Positions 14,582-29,471 of a stretch of 64,000 nt of DNA are shown here, piece by piece. Each line of letters opens with the position of its first letter. The first letter of the stretch is position 1. Under the pieces are notes generated by a model that was not told the origin of the DNA, made no database searches, and saw nothing but the letters and a program-made list of their open reading frames with translations. Origin of the DNA: Eledone cirrhosa (Eukaryota); the NCBI GenBank assembly GCA_964016885.1, contig OZ024742.1:298592001-298656000 (forward strand). Direction: 5' to 3'. Position numbers and translations under genes: made by a program.

Positions 14582-14780
14582 AGGTAGTACAGCATAATCG
14601 AAGCTCTGGTCGCGGGCAAGCGAACGAAAGCTGTCGGTAAGTGCAGCCCAAAGCACTCAATAAGGAATTTTACCTTAGAGTTATAACATTACGTTTAGAC
14701 AGCTATGCAAATTGAAGCCAGCGACCGAAAAACGAGCCGCTAGGACCAGAACAACGAATAAACCGACTCATATATATATA

Positions 14781-15248
14781 TCTAGGGCGGGTAAAATTCT
14801 CGAGATCCATGGACGAGTTGTCTCCAGCGGTCCCTGTCTCTCATTATCGCTGCCATGTCCTACGTCTCCAACAGACCAGTGACTGTCCTTAGGGCATCAA
14901 CATATGTTAACCTTGGTCTTCCTCTTCCAGTGTGTCCATGTAGGGGCTCAGACAGGAGCACTGAGTGCAATGTCAACTCTGGATGTCGGTGAGCATGTCC
15001 AGCTAACCTCAATCTCCTCTGTGTCACTTTTGAGCTGACTTTTGGGAGGCCCCCATACAGCTCTGAGTTTTTCATCCTCAGTGTATACTGATTAATCTTC
15101 AGAGCCATCCTCAGCATTCCCGTGTAGCACCCATCCACCATCTGAGTGAGTTTCTTGGTCAGTGTCCAAGTCTCAGACCCGTACAACAGCACAGACTCCA
15201 TATATATATATATATGTATATATGTATATATATATATATGTGTATATG

Positions 15249-15295
<47 letters not shown>

Positions 15296-15932
15296 GTATA
15301 TATATATATATGTATATATATATGTATGCTACTTATATATATGCTACTGGTAACATGTATCCCAGTACAACCTGTCTCATGGTCGGGTCGTTGGCGACTA
15401 AACTGGCAACCCCACCAAGGTTTCTTGGTGAGGAGGGTGACTTTGGACATCCTGCAGGACTAAAAACAAAACCTGTCAAAGGGCAAGGGAGCTCTTAAGA
15501 GTCAATAGCCATCCAAAATCACTGGGAGAGATGACCCCTTAGCCTTTGTCAAGGCAGAATTCTAGGAGAAGGAAAACTCTGATATAACACCTGCAACCCT
15601 GATGGTATCCAATGATGTTGACTTGTTCTTCTTTTTGGTAAATATCATCTTGGTTAAGAGAGTGGGACTGGCTTTGTGCAGTGCCTTTGCTCACTATAAA
15701 AGCTTCACAGCACAGGCATTGCTTTATATCTGGAGATCTCTCTGCACTTGTCATCACATGGTACCATGGGCCCTGCACTATGTGTCAATAATGGTCACAA
15801 GTGTAGTCTTTGTACCAGAGTTTTCAAGTCGCTGACTGGACTAAAAAGTCACATTCGTTCAGCGCATCGGTAGGGGTTCTCCTACATGGATATAAGGTAG
15901 TGGCCGTACTCGAAAACGAGTTGGCAGCCACC
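14781..15932 (-). mobile_element. Internally deleted RTE-clade LINE
   Basis: 14781-15200 encodes [14 protein letters not shown]...[11 protein letters not shown]...[10 protein letters not shown]...MRDRDRWR (RTE ORF C-terminus, one frameshift) ending in (TA)n; 15345-15932 is UTR-like; a microsatellite occupies the deletion. Confidence 0.85.
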
Positions 15933-16269
<337 letters not shown>

Positions 16270-16391
16270 GGAGGTGAGTTTTATTGTAGCACAATAAAGC
16301 AATGCAAATATCGGATAAGTAGCACTCTACAGTTTGTAGGACTGGAGTATAAATAATATAAGATCAAAAGATGGTTAAAAGAGTTCCAAGT

Positions 16392-16460
16392 ATTTTATTA
16401 TGCTCATTTCAAAAACAAACATCATAATGGGATGATATCTACGTTTTCATCAGATAAAAT
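16392..16460 (-). ncRNA. Type I hammerhead ribozyme (repeat family shared with 61705-61860)
   Basis: attttat CTGATGA aaacgtagatatcat..atgatgtttgttttt GAAAT gagc ATA ataaaat; 7-bp stem I. Confidence 0.8.
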
Positions 16461-16942
16461 AGGGATACATGATATGAAGCTTAAAAAACACTTGTGAATA
16501 GTGAAGTTTTAAATCAACATTCTTTTCAACCATTCTTTCAACCATCCTTACTAATGCAATTTCGTGCATAAGGGTGATACTGCAAAATATTGAGCCCAGA
16601 TTATACGACGGTTTAAAACAAGCCACCAAATAGATATATATGAGACAACACACCGACATAGACATAGTTGAGAAATGAGTGTCTTTTAACATGTGCATGT
16701 TTCGATTCAATGAAATTGTGCAAACGGTAACACTGAAAAGAGGGAAATATAAATTGACTTTCGTCAAAAATAGGAGAAAGTATGTATGAATGTGTATGTG
16801 AGAGAGAGAGATATAGAAGGGAGAGTGAGAGAGAGAGAGAGAATTGTGCTTTTGAATTAATCAAAGGAAAAGCGTGTAACTTGACAGTAGTAATAAATAG
16901 TAAATTTGCACACGATAAAAAGAAAAGAAGAAACCTTACACA

Positions 16943-17009
<67 letters not shown>

Positions 17010-17020
17010 TCTCTCTCTCT

Positions 17021-17143
<123 letters not shown>

Positions 17144-17278
17144 GGTATTTTCTTCGGGGTTATAAGAGGCTTAGCTCTGTTTCTCGACCGTTATATCGCG
17201 TGACTATCTCCCCCTCGGCCTTTTGGGATTCTTTCTCACGTCGTGTAGACGCGTTCTTGAGACTAGTAAAATGAGGTA

Positions 17279-17368
17279 TCCTCTTGATAAGTCGGCAGAC
17301 CTCGCAAGGACTCTATATCTTCATGATATATTGTTTTTGTTTATGCCACGAAACTACGTAGTCGAGGA
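17279..17368 (+). ncRNA. Decayed hammerhead ribozyme
   Basis: tcctc TTGATAA gtcggca...tgccac GAAAC tacgta GTC gagga; two core substitutions; palindromic ACTACGTAGT. Confidence 0.6.
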
Positions 17369-17437
17369 ATTTAGGAGCAGTTTAGGTATGATACATTTTA
17401 TTACTAATTATATCTAAATGTTTCTTCTCTCTTCATA

Positions 17438-17531
<94 letters not shown>

Positions 17532-18024
17532 CTATTATTATGATTAGCTTTCATCCTGTGGTGGGATCTTCTGAACCTGAGGAATATGAATATATATATA
17601 CATTCCGACCAAATATTGCCTTGGGGAAATAAAAAGACAATGGTAACGTGAGTTCCGGTAAAATGAATGCAAGGAGAATCAATATGTGAAGCGAGAAGAA
17701 CAAATATTTGCTACGAAAAAACAAATTATTGCTGTAAAAAAATCAGGAGGCTAATTTACGTTTTAGGGTAGCCCAATATTTTCAAGTTAATATATATGGA
17801 TAATGATATTAATAGAAGTAATATGAGTAAACATAAAGATACGGAAGGTATAAATAATAGTAACAAAAATAATAACTATAATAATAATAGTAAAAATAAT
17901 AATAATGAATTATGGCAACAATAATTGTAATAATAATAATAATGATTTCTTTATCGGCCACAAGGCTGACATCAAGAAAAACATTACAGACGGCATAAGA
18001 CGGTACAGGAATAATATTGGTTTC

Positions 18025-18335
18025 TTATATAAGCACAATGCCAGCAATTTTGGGGAGAGAAAGTCAATTAAATCGACCCCAGTGCGTGACTGGTACTTTA
18101 TTTTATCGACCCCGTAAGGATGAAAGGCAAAGTTAACCTCGGCGGGATTTGAACTCAGATCATAAAGGGCCGTAACTCTATTCTGCAAAGCATGTTGTCC
18201 GACGTTTTACCGATACTGCCAATCTACCACCCTAATAATAGTAAGGATGATAATAATAATAATAGTAATTATAATTGTTTCTACTTTTGGCACAAGGCCA
18301 GCAATTTATCAGTGCATTACTGGTACTTTATTTAT
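18025..18335 (-). mobile_element. SINE plus tail of a second copy
   Basis: tcgaccccgtaaggatgaaaggcaaagttaacctcggcgggatttgaactcag. Confidence 0.85.
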
Positions 18336-18529
18336 GTAAGTATTTTTTGTAAATATTATGTAAATATTTTTGTATGAATGGCTAAAGGTAGGCTAATCGT
18401 TGTTATACATATGTACGTGTTTACAAGTGTGAATGCATGTGACGTATAACATCTGCATAATGTCCGTAATATCCGCTAGGATATAATGATAGGCTGAAAT
18501 ATAAAGATAGGCTGTAATATAAGAATGTA

Positions 18530-19170
18530 TTATATAGTTTATGTTTACTAGCTGAAATTGCCTCAGACGTTTTGTTTAAAATACATTCGTTGGCGTAAAG
18601 TATTTCGAGGGCTTCAACAGCTCAAAGATTACAAGGTCATTTGTTGCTATTATATGATCTAGCTTTAGCTAGTATCTCCCAGTGTAACATATATTGGGTG
18701 TTACTTTCTTATAAATACGAGATATAGGCCGAAAGTAAAATCATATTACTTCTTAAAGGGATTAAAATGAATGGAAGTGCATGAATATACACTGCTTGAA
18801 TCTTTTGGCTGTTAACCCTATGTAAACATATAGTGGGTGTGTCAACCTTACATTTATAAACTGCATTGCTTGATAGGCATTTCCCAGTTAGAAGGCGGTA
18901 GTAGTCCATATTAATGCAATCGCAGCTAGATCTAAGTTCAAGGTTGTTTATAATACTACAGCTAGTTAATTTAGCTAAGTTAAATGCAGTAAGACTGGGA
19001 GTTGTAGAACGGGGTATTTTTGATTATATTTCTATTAAAAATCTTGTGATAATTATGAGCTAAGGGAAAATGCTTGCTAATTAATGTAAGGAAAGCTTCA
19101 GCTATTGGTGTGGCCACTTCCATATTATATAATACGTATAGATATATTTTTCTTGGTTATATGTTCGTAT
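18530..19170 (-). pseudogene. Decayed PLE GIY-YIG region (Hydra-like clade)
   Basis: Pieces read KHFPLAHNYHKIFNRN, SCDC...GKCLSSNAVYKCKV, VYIGLTAKRFK, CNL.AVE...ILNKTSEAIS; collinear with the 35893-36767 protein. Confidence 0.8.
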
Positions 19171-19346
19171 TTAGTATATTCTAGCTTATCTCAAACCTTT
19201 TAGTTCCTCTTTATTTTCTCATTCTCAGATGAAAGACTAATGTCTGAAACCTTATGACTCTTTTCCTACTATATCAAGCGTAAAATTACTAATATATCTC
19301 TCCTTTGAACTGTGTCGTTTGCATTTTATATATATATATATATATA

Positions 19347-20271
<925 letters not shown>

Positions 20272-20626
20272 TTATTAAAATAACAGATTAAAGTTTAAGC
20301 AAAGAATCGCTGCTTTCACCCTTAACGGGATCTTCTGAAACTAACAAAGTCAATCTGTAAACGCAGAACTGGATATTTCAAAAAACGTTGCAACCGGAGG
20401 AAGACAGGAAGACGATACTTTGGTTCATGGTGACGTTCGCTGGCAAAGAACGGGAAAAAACGAATAATACGTCATTAATAGGAGCGGTGAAAAACAATTA
20501 CGCGCAAAGACAGAACCACGTTTATGGTATAAAAGAGGTCGTAGACTAATGTTCTCTAAGTGGTGCATAGAGACGTTCTCTGGCAATGAACGAAAAAACG
20601 AAGATAATAAGTCATATGTGGAGCGT

Positions 20627-20743
<117 letters not shown>

Positions 20744-20744
20744 T

Positions 20745-20808
<64 letters not shown>

Positions 20809-20960
20809 TTATACTTTGGGAGGGTCATGTTGCCAATAAGAAACACACGCACCAGTTGCTTTCACTTCAATTTATTATATATTTATAAATTTACAAATTT
20901 ACAAACTTATAAATTTCTGGTTGGTTGGTTGGTTCCACAACCAGATAGTTGTTTATATAT

Positions 20961-21005
20961 AGTCATAGTCTTTTCGTCACACACTCTGTGACCTCTTCAG
21001 TGACT
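20961..21005 (-). ncRNA. Minimal type I hammerhead, family B
   Basis: agtca CTGAAGA g-gtcaca-gagtg-tgtgac GAAA aga CTA tgact. Confidence 0.75.
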
Positions 21006-21725
21006 GGGGATTCCTTTCTTTGTTTCTGTGCCTTTCCTTTCTTCTATCCTACGCCATTTTGTTTCTGTGTGTGTGTTGTGTGCTCAGTTTGCGCATGCGC
21101 CACATCCGGGTGTCTGTGTGTGTTTGTGTTCATTTATCTATTTGTTTATTTATTTATTTATTTATTGTTGGTTGGTTGTTTGTTCTATGTGTGTGTGTGT
21201 TTTCATTTTGTCCTGTGTGTGTTTTCATTTTGTCCTTAATTGTAAGTTGTGATGTTGCTGTTCCACTCATATTTTCTATTTAATTTTGGTTTTAATTCTT
21301 TTATGCTTACTGCCTCTGTAACTTGCCTAAACATTGCGTCTTTTCTGTGTGTGGATTCTATTAGAATAGAATCCACACACAGAAAAGACGCAATGTTTAG
21401 GCAAATTACAGAGGCAGTAAGCATAAAAGAATTAAAACCAAAATTAAATAGAAAATATGAGTGGAACAGCAACATCACAACTTACAATTAAGGACAAAAT
21501 GAAAACACACACAGGACAAAATGAAAACACACACACACATAGAACAAACAACCAACCAACAATAAATAAATAAATAAATAAATAAACAAATAGATAAATG
21601 AACACAAACACACACAGACACCCGGATGTGGCGCATGCGCAAACTGAGCACACAACACACACACAGAAACAAAATGGCGTAGGATAGAAGAAAGGAAAGG
21701 CACAGAAACAAGGAAAGGAATCCCC

Positions 21726-21770
21726 AGTCACTGAAGAGGTCACAGAGTGTGTGACGAAAGGACTATGACT
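21726..21770 (+). ncRNA. Minimal type I hammerhead, family B
   Basis: agtca CTGAAGA g-gtcaca-gagtg-tgtgac GAAAG ga CTA tgact. Confidence 0.85.
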
Positions 21771-21992
21771 ATATATAAACAACTATCTGGTTGTGGAACC
21801 AACCAACCAACCAGAAATTTATAAGTTTGTAAATTTGTAAATTTATAAATTTATAAATATATAATAAATTGAAGTGAAAGCAACTGGTGCGTGTGTTTCT
21901 TATTGGCAACATGACCCTCCCAAAGTATAACAATATCGATTTCAACACACGATTTCAGATAAAGAATCTTGCTAAACAAATTCAGAAACGAA

Positions 21993-22032
<40 letters not shown>

Positions 22033-22514
22033 ACAGGTACTAGTATATCTACACAGCTAGTAGTCGATGATGATGCTTAAAGCTACTGTTTGTTATCCTT
22101 TCGAAAGTTACTTATCGTTACACCATGTTCTGTCAGCACGCAAGTCATTTCTTGTACTGAATGTCTCGGTGCATTATCACGTATTGAGTATTTTTTCTGA
22201 TGTACTAATGTAGTAAAATATGCTCGTCCATGCGCCTTGTTGTTTTCTACTACATGTATATCGTTAAAATTTCTATGTAGTTAGTTATAAAAGAAAATAT
22301 ATTACTGACATTATTTCTAATTAGGCATCAAATGTTATTTGTAAATGGAACTGATTGTCTTTAACGTGCAGATTCCCCCCCCCCCCTTTAGTGTAGTTCA
22401 ATATGTAATTTGTGCAGTAAGTTTGCATTTTTTGGGAAATACTACTTATGATTACAGAGAAAAGAATCAGAATTTAATCATTTTTAAAGAATATTAATAT
22501 TAGTTTCTGATTTA

Positions 22515-22640
22515 CGCACAAAGCCAACAATTTTGCGGGAGAGAAAGTGATTAAATCGACTCCAGTGAATTACTGGTATTTTATTTTGTCGATCCCGTAA
22601 GGCAACGCTAATCTCGGCGGGATTTGAAATCAGAACATTT
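22515..22640 (-). mobile_element. SINE fragment
   Basis: ctcggcgggatttgaaatcagaac core. Confidence 0.7.
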
Positions 22641-22922
22641 TGAAAACATCACTGGTGCCAAGCAGCATCAACCTTTCCCTCTCCCTTGTTCAACATTGGT
22701 GGCGTGGAGAGGGGAGGCTGGTATACATGGGCGACAGATGGTCTTCCACAAAAAACATTTTGCCTAATCTTGTGCCTCGAAGGTGAACTTTCTTGGTGCA
22801 TAGCCCATGGTCTTCGTGAACGAAGAGGTTCTATAATCTTCATATACACACATACAAATGTATATACACACACACACACTCATCTCTCTTTCTATCTTTC
22901 TCTCTCTCTCTCTCTTTCTCAT

Positions 22923-22960
<38 letters not shown>

Positions 22961-23514
22961 CACACATGCATATCTGTGAATGCAAATATCACTTGTCTGA
23001 TCAAACAGACTGTATTTGATGAATATGCATACACTTTGATATTGTATACCCAGCCTGCTCTGTTGATTGTGTTCTGATAATAAAAGGTCCTCATTATATT
23101 CTCACCGTTTATGGTTGTTATAGCATTAACAAAACTAGTGTTGTTGTTAGAGCTCACATCTATGCTGGTTTAGTAGGTCTCCTGTGAAGTTACATCTCAT
23201 AGTGCCTTAATCATAGGTGTCGCAACGATATAAAGAAAAACACCCTGAAACGAGGTGTCTTGCTCAAGAACACAACGCCCCTTCCCGTCCAGAATTTTAG
23301 CCCACGACTTTATGATCGTGAGTCAAACACCCTAATCTCTGACAGCATCTACCTTAATGTTAATAGTTTATTTAAAACTAATTTTTACTAGAACCTTTCC
23401 CATGATTACGTTCGAGAGAGAAGTGTTTCTTATAATATGGCGATAACCCTTCCTGTCTGCGCGTGTACATTTATAAAAAGTGATGGATTATAGCAAATGT
23501 TATTTCTACTATAA

Positions 23515-23710
23515 GGGCTGTGGATTGGCAGTATCGGTAGAGAGACGGACGCCATGCTTTCCAGCATAGTTACCTCCCTTTACGGTCTGAGTTCAAATCC
23601 CGCCGAGGTTCACTTTGCCTTTCATCCTTACGGGGTCGATAAAATAGAATACCAGTAATGTACTGGGTATTTGCTGGCCTTGTGCCAAAGGTAGAAACAG
23701 TTATTTCTAC
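23515..23710 (+). mobile_element. SINE
   Basis: Full head-core-tail match to the 1590-2390 family. Confidence 0.85.
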
Positions 23711-23854
23711 TATATTTCCTCTAATTAGATTCTATGGTTCTTTAATAATTAATTTAATTCTTTGAAATCACTGGATCTCATTGTCTTGTTGTTTATATAT
23801 GCTACACTACTGAATAATACTCTGTATAAGAAATTGTCAAGATTGTCAAGATAC

Positions 23855-24147
23855 TAGTAATAGTATTGGTTAGTATTCAGTTTTGGTTTTAAGTTTTACC
23901 GGTTGCGCATTTCTAATGCTTTTCACGAATAATTTTGAGATAGAGCATCCGTGATGTTTGCTCTGATCTGAGCAAACATCACGGACGCTCTATCTCAAAA
24001 TTATTTGTGAAAAGCATTAGAAATGCGCAACCGGTAAAACTTAAAACCAAAACTGAATACTAACCAATACTATTACTAATTCTCACTTATTCCTAATTAA
24101 ACTATTTTTCACTGTGAACAATTTGTCAGCATTTTCTTTTCCGTTTA

Positions 24148-24151
<4 letters not shown>
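23855..24151. repeat. Fold-back insertion (109-bp arms, 6-nt spacer, ~70-nt tail)
   Basis: 23855-23963 is the reverse complement of 23970-24078; tail runs to (TA)n. Confidence 0.9.
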
Positions 24152-24201
<50 letters not shown>

Positions 24202-24359
24202 TTCCTATTGTAGGTCGACTTTGCTTGCCCACAGTCAAAGCTTCGATTTTATTAAGCTTCCACTTGTATATATATATATATATAGGTAAATTATTCCGGG
24301 TAACCACAGTAAGTAAGGTACTCAATACATAGCAGAGTATAAAAGTTTTAATATAGATG

Positions 24360-24410
24360 AGATTCTACAGGACTAGAACTGTTTCATTCTTTAGAAATCA
24401 TCAGGAATCT
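24360..24410 (-). ncRNA. Type I hammerhead, family A
   Basis: Same motif as 9749-9799. Confidence 0.9.
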
Positions 24411-24414
24411 GGCC

Positions 24415-24465
24415 AGATTCCTGATGATTTCTAAAGAATGAAACAGTTCTAGTCCTGTAGAATCT
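24415..24465 (+). ncRNA. Type I hammerhead, family A
   Basis: agattc CTGATGA tttctaaagaat GAAAC agttctagtcct GTA gaatct. Confidence 0.9.
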
Positions 24466-24497
24466 CATCTGTATTAAAACTATATATATATATATAT

Positions 24498-24605
<108 letters not shown>

Positions 24606-25269
24606 GTGTATACATTCCACAAAAGCAGCAGACATATACATATAAACACAGACATGTAAGAGCAAAACGTTATATTTTATTTGAAGTATGAGAGCTTTGT
24701 AATAAATAATAAAGTGTGTATGGAAAGCCGGCCTAATGTAAATATGAAGTTGAGATACGACGGATGACAAAACAAGGAAAATACCGTTTTACCCTCTATA
24801 TTTCATAATATTTCAATGTAAATGTCTTCTTTTCAACTGATCAAGATAGAAAAACGAAGTGTTCTCCCGAAATTTTCCTGTGTTGTGTGCGTGACTGACC
24901 GTTGGTGGAAGTGACATGCTCAGACTGGTTATAACTGTCAGTTTGCTCCATGCAACTCCAATCTATTATTGATGCTGGGCCTCTTTATAAGGACATCTTC
25001 TTAAATTCATAAATTACTCACATTCCTCTCTATACCATCTATGGTGACATTATTGTCTAGTGTGCACACACAAACATAAATATACTCACATACCCACATA
25101 CACCTCAGATCAACTCTATATTTGTTAAAATGTTGGAATTCTTTGAAAGTTGTCCTCCTGTTCGTTCTACACGGGTACTGCTATCCTATGAACAAATCGA
25201 TATGATGTGGTCCAAAGCTGATTTTCCACACGTGTAAAAAACTGTTATTGAGCAGTTACATAGGAAGCG

Positions 25270-25556
25270 TATGTAACACACAAAAACAAGATTGTGTAGG
25301 ACAGAACAAAGGAGACACAGAAAACAAAAACCTAGTTACTGAGGAGGTCACAGAATGTGGGACAAAAGAGCTTTGACTATATATAAACAACCTCCCGGTT
25401 ATCGAACCAACCAATCGGGAACTTATAATAAATTGAAATGAAAATCAGCAGGTGCGTGTATTTTTATTGGCAGCATGACCCTGCTAAAGTATAACAATGT
25501 TTGTTTCAACATATGTTTTCAGATAAGAAATCTCGCCAAACAAATTCAAAAGCGAA
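25270..25556 (+). mobile_element. Older family B pseudo-LTR with mutated HHR (25334-25378)
   Basis: Collinear with 21650-21993; core agtta CTGAGGA...gac AAAA gagCTT tgact (GAAA mutated). Confidence 0.8.
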
Positions 25557-25657
25557 TTATATATATATATATATGCGTATATGTGTGTGTGGGGGGTGGG
25601 GGTGGGGTGCGGGTGATAAAGAGTCTCTCTCTCTCTATCTATCTATGTATCTATTTA

Positions 25658-25786
<129 letters not shown>

Positions 25787-25789
25787 TGA

Positions 25790-26500
25790 GTCATTTGGTT
25801 TAATGAACTGTTGGAAAATTTCGTTAATAAAATTGAAGATTTTATCTAAGAAGCTAAATGTCCTGCGGTTATTTGTGTTTATGTGACGGGCTAATTTCAT
25901 TAGACTCTTTTTCAACATATTTGCCTGCTACTTGGTTTTATTTTTTGGGATCTGAATAAACCGTCATTTCTATAAATTTCGCCAATAATTTTGTAGAAAT
26001 TATTATGAATAAAATCTAGGATATATATTCCAAGTAAGTATGAAATTTACTGAGAATCTTTGCTTTCCATGTTACATATGGTGTCATTAATGAAGGGAGT
26101 TGAATTTCTTGTGTTCATTAATATTTGTATGTCATTATCATTGATGGTGGATAATGATATTGCAAAATCTAGCGCTCGAAGTACTAGCCATGTTATGGTG
26201 GATGGGTAGAGTCAACTATATCAAATCGGGTGAATGTATATTTTTCCTTATCTGATATGTATATAGATCAGCTTATAACTGATGCAATCTTATTCGAAAA
26301 TACTCGCCCAAGGCTTTTCTATAGACAGTAATTGATTTTATATAGTGCGTTTTTACTAATTCTTCCATGTTAAGTTTTTCTTGTGTTAGTGTGTCGGCAG
26401 TGGAGTTATTCATACTATCTGGTTTGAGATACTTCATAGTTACCTAAGCCTTTTGTGTGTAAGTATCTCTACTCTGTGATCTATGCTAAGGTTCAAGACT
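25790..26500 (-). pseudogene. Decayed PLE reverse transcriptase (Hydra-like)
   Basis: Fragments YTFTRFDIVD.YPS, LLGIYIL and YRNDGL match FIQFDIDEYYSS, LVGIYI and LYRDDAL of the 49-50 kb element. Confidence 0.7.
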
Positions 26501-27140
26501 ATGATTTTACATAGGAACAAAGAAAACAATATACCGAGTGAACACATATTTCGTTTTTCTTTCTATTTTCTTTTAACATTTCGCTTTTACGTTTACTTTA
26601 TATTTCATTAGTAATGAAGTTAGAGTGACCTCAATTCTTTTACTACACATAACAATAACTAGCTCACACCCCCTCCAAACAATAAATGGATATGTGTATA
26701 TATCTTAATAGACACACGATGATACATTAAAATACATATATACAAGCACAAACGTATCAAACTACAAATAAATACAATAACATTCAGATGTATGCACACA
26801 CATAGTAAAATGTTCGAACGAACACAAAAAGATACAATCTATAGATTAACTAATCTAGAAATAGGCAAACAAAATGAAGAAACAAACACAAGCATAACAG
26901 CACTTGAGAACATATGTCCGAAAATTCAAACTGAGGGACGGAAAAAATCTATTTATCTTAAGAAAAGACAGAAGACGTCTGAATCATTAAACATTACACG
27001 GAAATCTATACTCTGATGAAATGCGTTTTAGTAACGTATTTTAAAATATATAGCTAATGCATAAAGATATATTGTACCCTGCAACTTAGCAATATTTTTT
27101 ATTAAATATTGGAGTTATAGCTTACACATAGACACGCCCA

Positions 27141-27217
<77 letters not shown>

Positions 27218-27219
27218 TA

Positions 27220-27590
27220 TGCATAGTATATTTGCCAATATACTGTATGCTTAATTAAAAACATTTTGAAGACCTTGCACTATTATTTGAAAGTAGTGAC
27301 TATGTCACTTCTTTTTTCAACAAACGAAGGGAGATAAGCTGACATATCTGTTTCACACTGTTGGTGATCATCAGAGCTTAGCACTCGCCGACCTTTGTTG
27401 AAAATTATAGAGGCTGGATTCTTATAGAATTCCAGTAATAATCAGGAACTGATTATACAGAGCGATTGCCGGTTCAGCAAAATTTGAAAATTAGGATTGG
27501 GGCTCTGAAATAGCGATGTATACATGAATATATGTATAGCATATTTGGCAATATACCGTATCCTTAATTAAAAACATTTTGAAGACCTTT
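27220..27590 (-). mobile_element. Retrozyme-like element (~313-nt unit plus ~55-nt terminal repeat)
   Basis: ...caatatac.gtat.cttaattaaaaacattttgaagacctt repeated at a 313-bp offset; central HHR; abuts (TA)n on the left. Confidence 0.7.
27335..27380 (-). ncRNA. Type I hammerhead ribozyme
   Basis: taagct CTGATGA t-cac-caaca-gtg-t GAAAC a-gata-t GTC agctta. Confidence 0.9.
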
Positions 27591-27615
27591 GAAATAAACA
27601 ATATAAGATAATTAT

Positions 27616-27677
27616 TTCATTTACCAGTTGTTTCTTGAAGACAGATATTTATATCTGTCTTCAGTCGTCAGAATGAA
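27616..27677 (-). ncRNA. Type I hammerhead ribozyme with long stem II
   Basis: ttcatt CTGACGA c-tgaagacagatat-aa-atatctgtcttca-a GAAAC aactg GTA aatgaa. Confidence 0.85.
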
Positions 27678-28421
27678 TAACAGAATGTTTATTAAATATG
27701 GATTTGAAAACAAAATTTAGGAAATGTGAAAGTGAGGCTGAAATCAAATAACGGGCCCCAAAAAAATTGAGGGGAATAAATAAATAAATATCCCGTACAT
27801 AAACATACACACACTCAAACACACGCTTATACGTTATACTACGTAAACGTATACATTCTCACATAAGTGTATGTGCGTCTACATGGAAATACGAACACAC
27901 ACATATAAACGTGTGATCTTTTTCTCACACATGCGCCCACTCACACATGTACTCAATAATAATGTAAAAATCTATATATACACACATGCATATCTCTCCA
28001 TACACATATACACAAATATATATATATATATATAAATACAAATATATATATATATATACGCATACATATACACACCGATATATATACACACAAACACACA
28101 CACATATATATAAAAATATATATACACACATATACACATAGATACAAACACACACAAAAGTCTGTATACATACACGCACGTATATATATATATATATATA
28201 TATGCACATACATATATTAATATGTACAAACCATTGGGAAGTAGTTCGGGAACAGATATAAATAAGAACAAAAGATTCAAAAATATATATTAAAAAAAAA
28301 AAAAAATAAAACCATAAAGGGACGTGTTGACAACGAAAGTTTAGGGGTGGGGTTGGGGTGGGGGATTAAATAATAAAATACAAACAACGTATAAAAACAA
28401 ACACATACACACGATATGTAT

Positions 28422-28467
<46 letters not shown>

Positions 28468-28610
28468 GCAGAGGTGATATTTAATTTGTTGGGATACAAG
28501 CTAAAATTATTTTTATCACTGATATAAAGCACTCAACAAAAGGCTCCAACCGTTAAGTTACACTTTTTTCAGGGTATGTCAATGTTTGTTTATAAAACTA
28601 ATCTGTATTG

Positions 28611-28676
28611 TATTTTATCTGATGAAAGCGCACCATAATTTGGCTTGGTGGCCCTTGAAATATGTATAATAAAATA
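28611..28676 (+). ncRNA. Type I hammerhead ribozyme
   Basis: tattttat CTGATGA aag..cacca...tggtg..ctt GAAAT atgt ATA ataaaata; 8-bp stem I. Confidence 0.8.
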
Positions 28677-29345
28677 AATATGGTTTTATTAATATAGTTT
28701 CCATTTGTTAATATATTATATATATATATATTGACCAGTTAATTTTCTTGATTTTTTAGTTGATTCTATTGACTGATGAATAGCTTATGTTAATTTTAAC
28801 CCTTCTGTTGAGAACTCTATTCGATTTGTGATGTTTTTGCATTCTTGCAAAAATATACACAACTGAATTTATTCGCCTGATATAGGGGCTGCTTCCCTTG
28901 CCGATCCCCACGTGGAGTCAGCAATAGTCAGTCCTTGTATTAACATTGAACTAAAACCTGTTGAGAAAGTGGCTTCCTTGTTCAATCATCTTACCAGAAG
29001 CCTGACATTATTTATGTAAGCGGACGGTACTTGATTTAGGAGCCGCAGAAACCCAAATACTGGATTTTACCAACCTTCCAGGGGTCCAGGTAAATTTTCA
29101 ATACGCGAATTGCTTGATCGTTTTTTTTTGGCTATGCGAATGATTGTTTAACCATCGTCTCAGTGTGTTTGGCGTTTAACGTTTGTTATAGCTCTGGTTC
29201 ATCTGAACCATTGAGCACTTGCCTCACATCTCGGAGGTTGTTTTTCGTTTTTTCGTGGGCCGAAATGCGAATCTCGATAATTTATGTTTGTTAATATATA
29301 TGTATATATATCATTATCTATAAAAGGCAGGTTGTTGTTGTTGTT

Positions 29346-29471
<126 letters not shown>

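Larger units (their letters stand above)
20806..21993. mobile_element. Near-perfect ~1.13-kb palindrome of the family B PLE 3' end
   Basis: Arms 20806-21362 / 21365-21933 with a 2-nt spacer; encode IESTHRKDAMFRQITEA...EWNSNITTY, matching the end of ORF 51722-52612; 60-nt unpaired tail; (TA)n flanks. Confidence 0.95.
24284..24481 (-). mobile_element. Minimal family A fold-back with two outward-facing HHRs
   Basis: Palindrome centred on ggcc 24411-24414; tail matches 12470-12540; microsatellite flanks. Confidence 0.9.

Noticed and set aside
15895-15932. HDV-like or twister ribozyme at the RTE 5' end
   Set aside because: Only a simple hairpin fits; no room for P2/P3/P1.1 and no twister core
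21236-21491. Mirror-image 80-aa ORFs as a real gene pair
   Set aside because: Artefact of the palindrome; only the last ~41 aa are PLE endonuclease
27005-27055. CTGATGA with a good stem II
   Set aside because: GAAA absent and no stem I; similar failures at ~32048, ~38817, ~43009, ~50610 and ~59104
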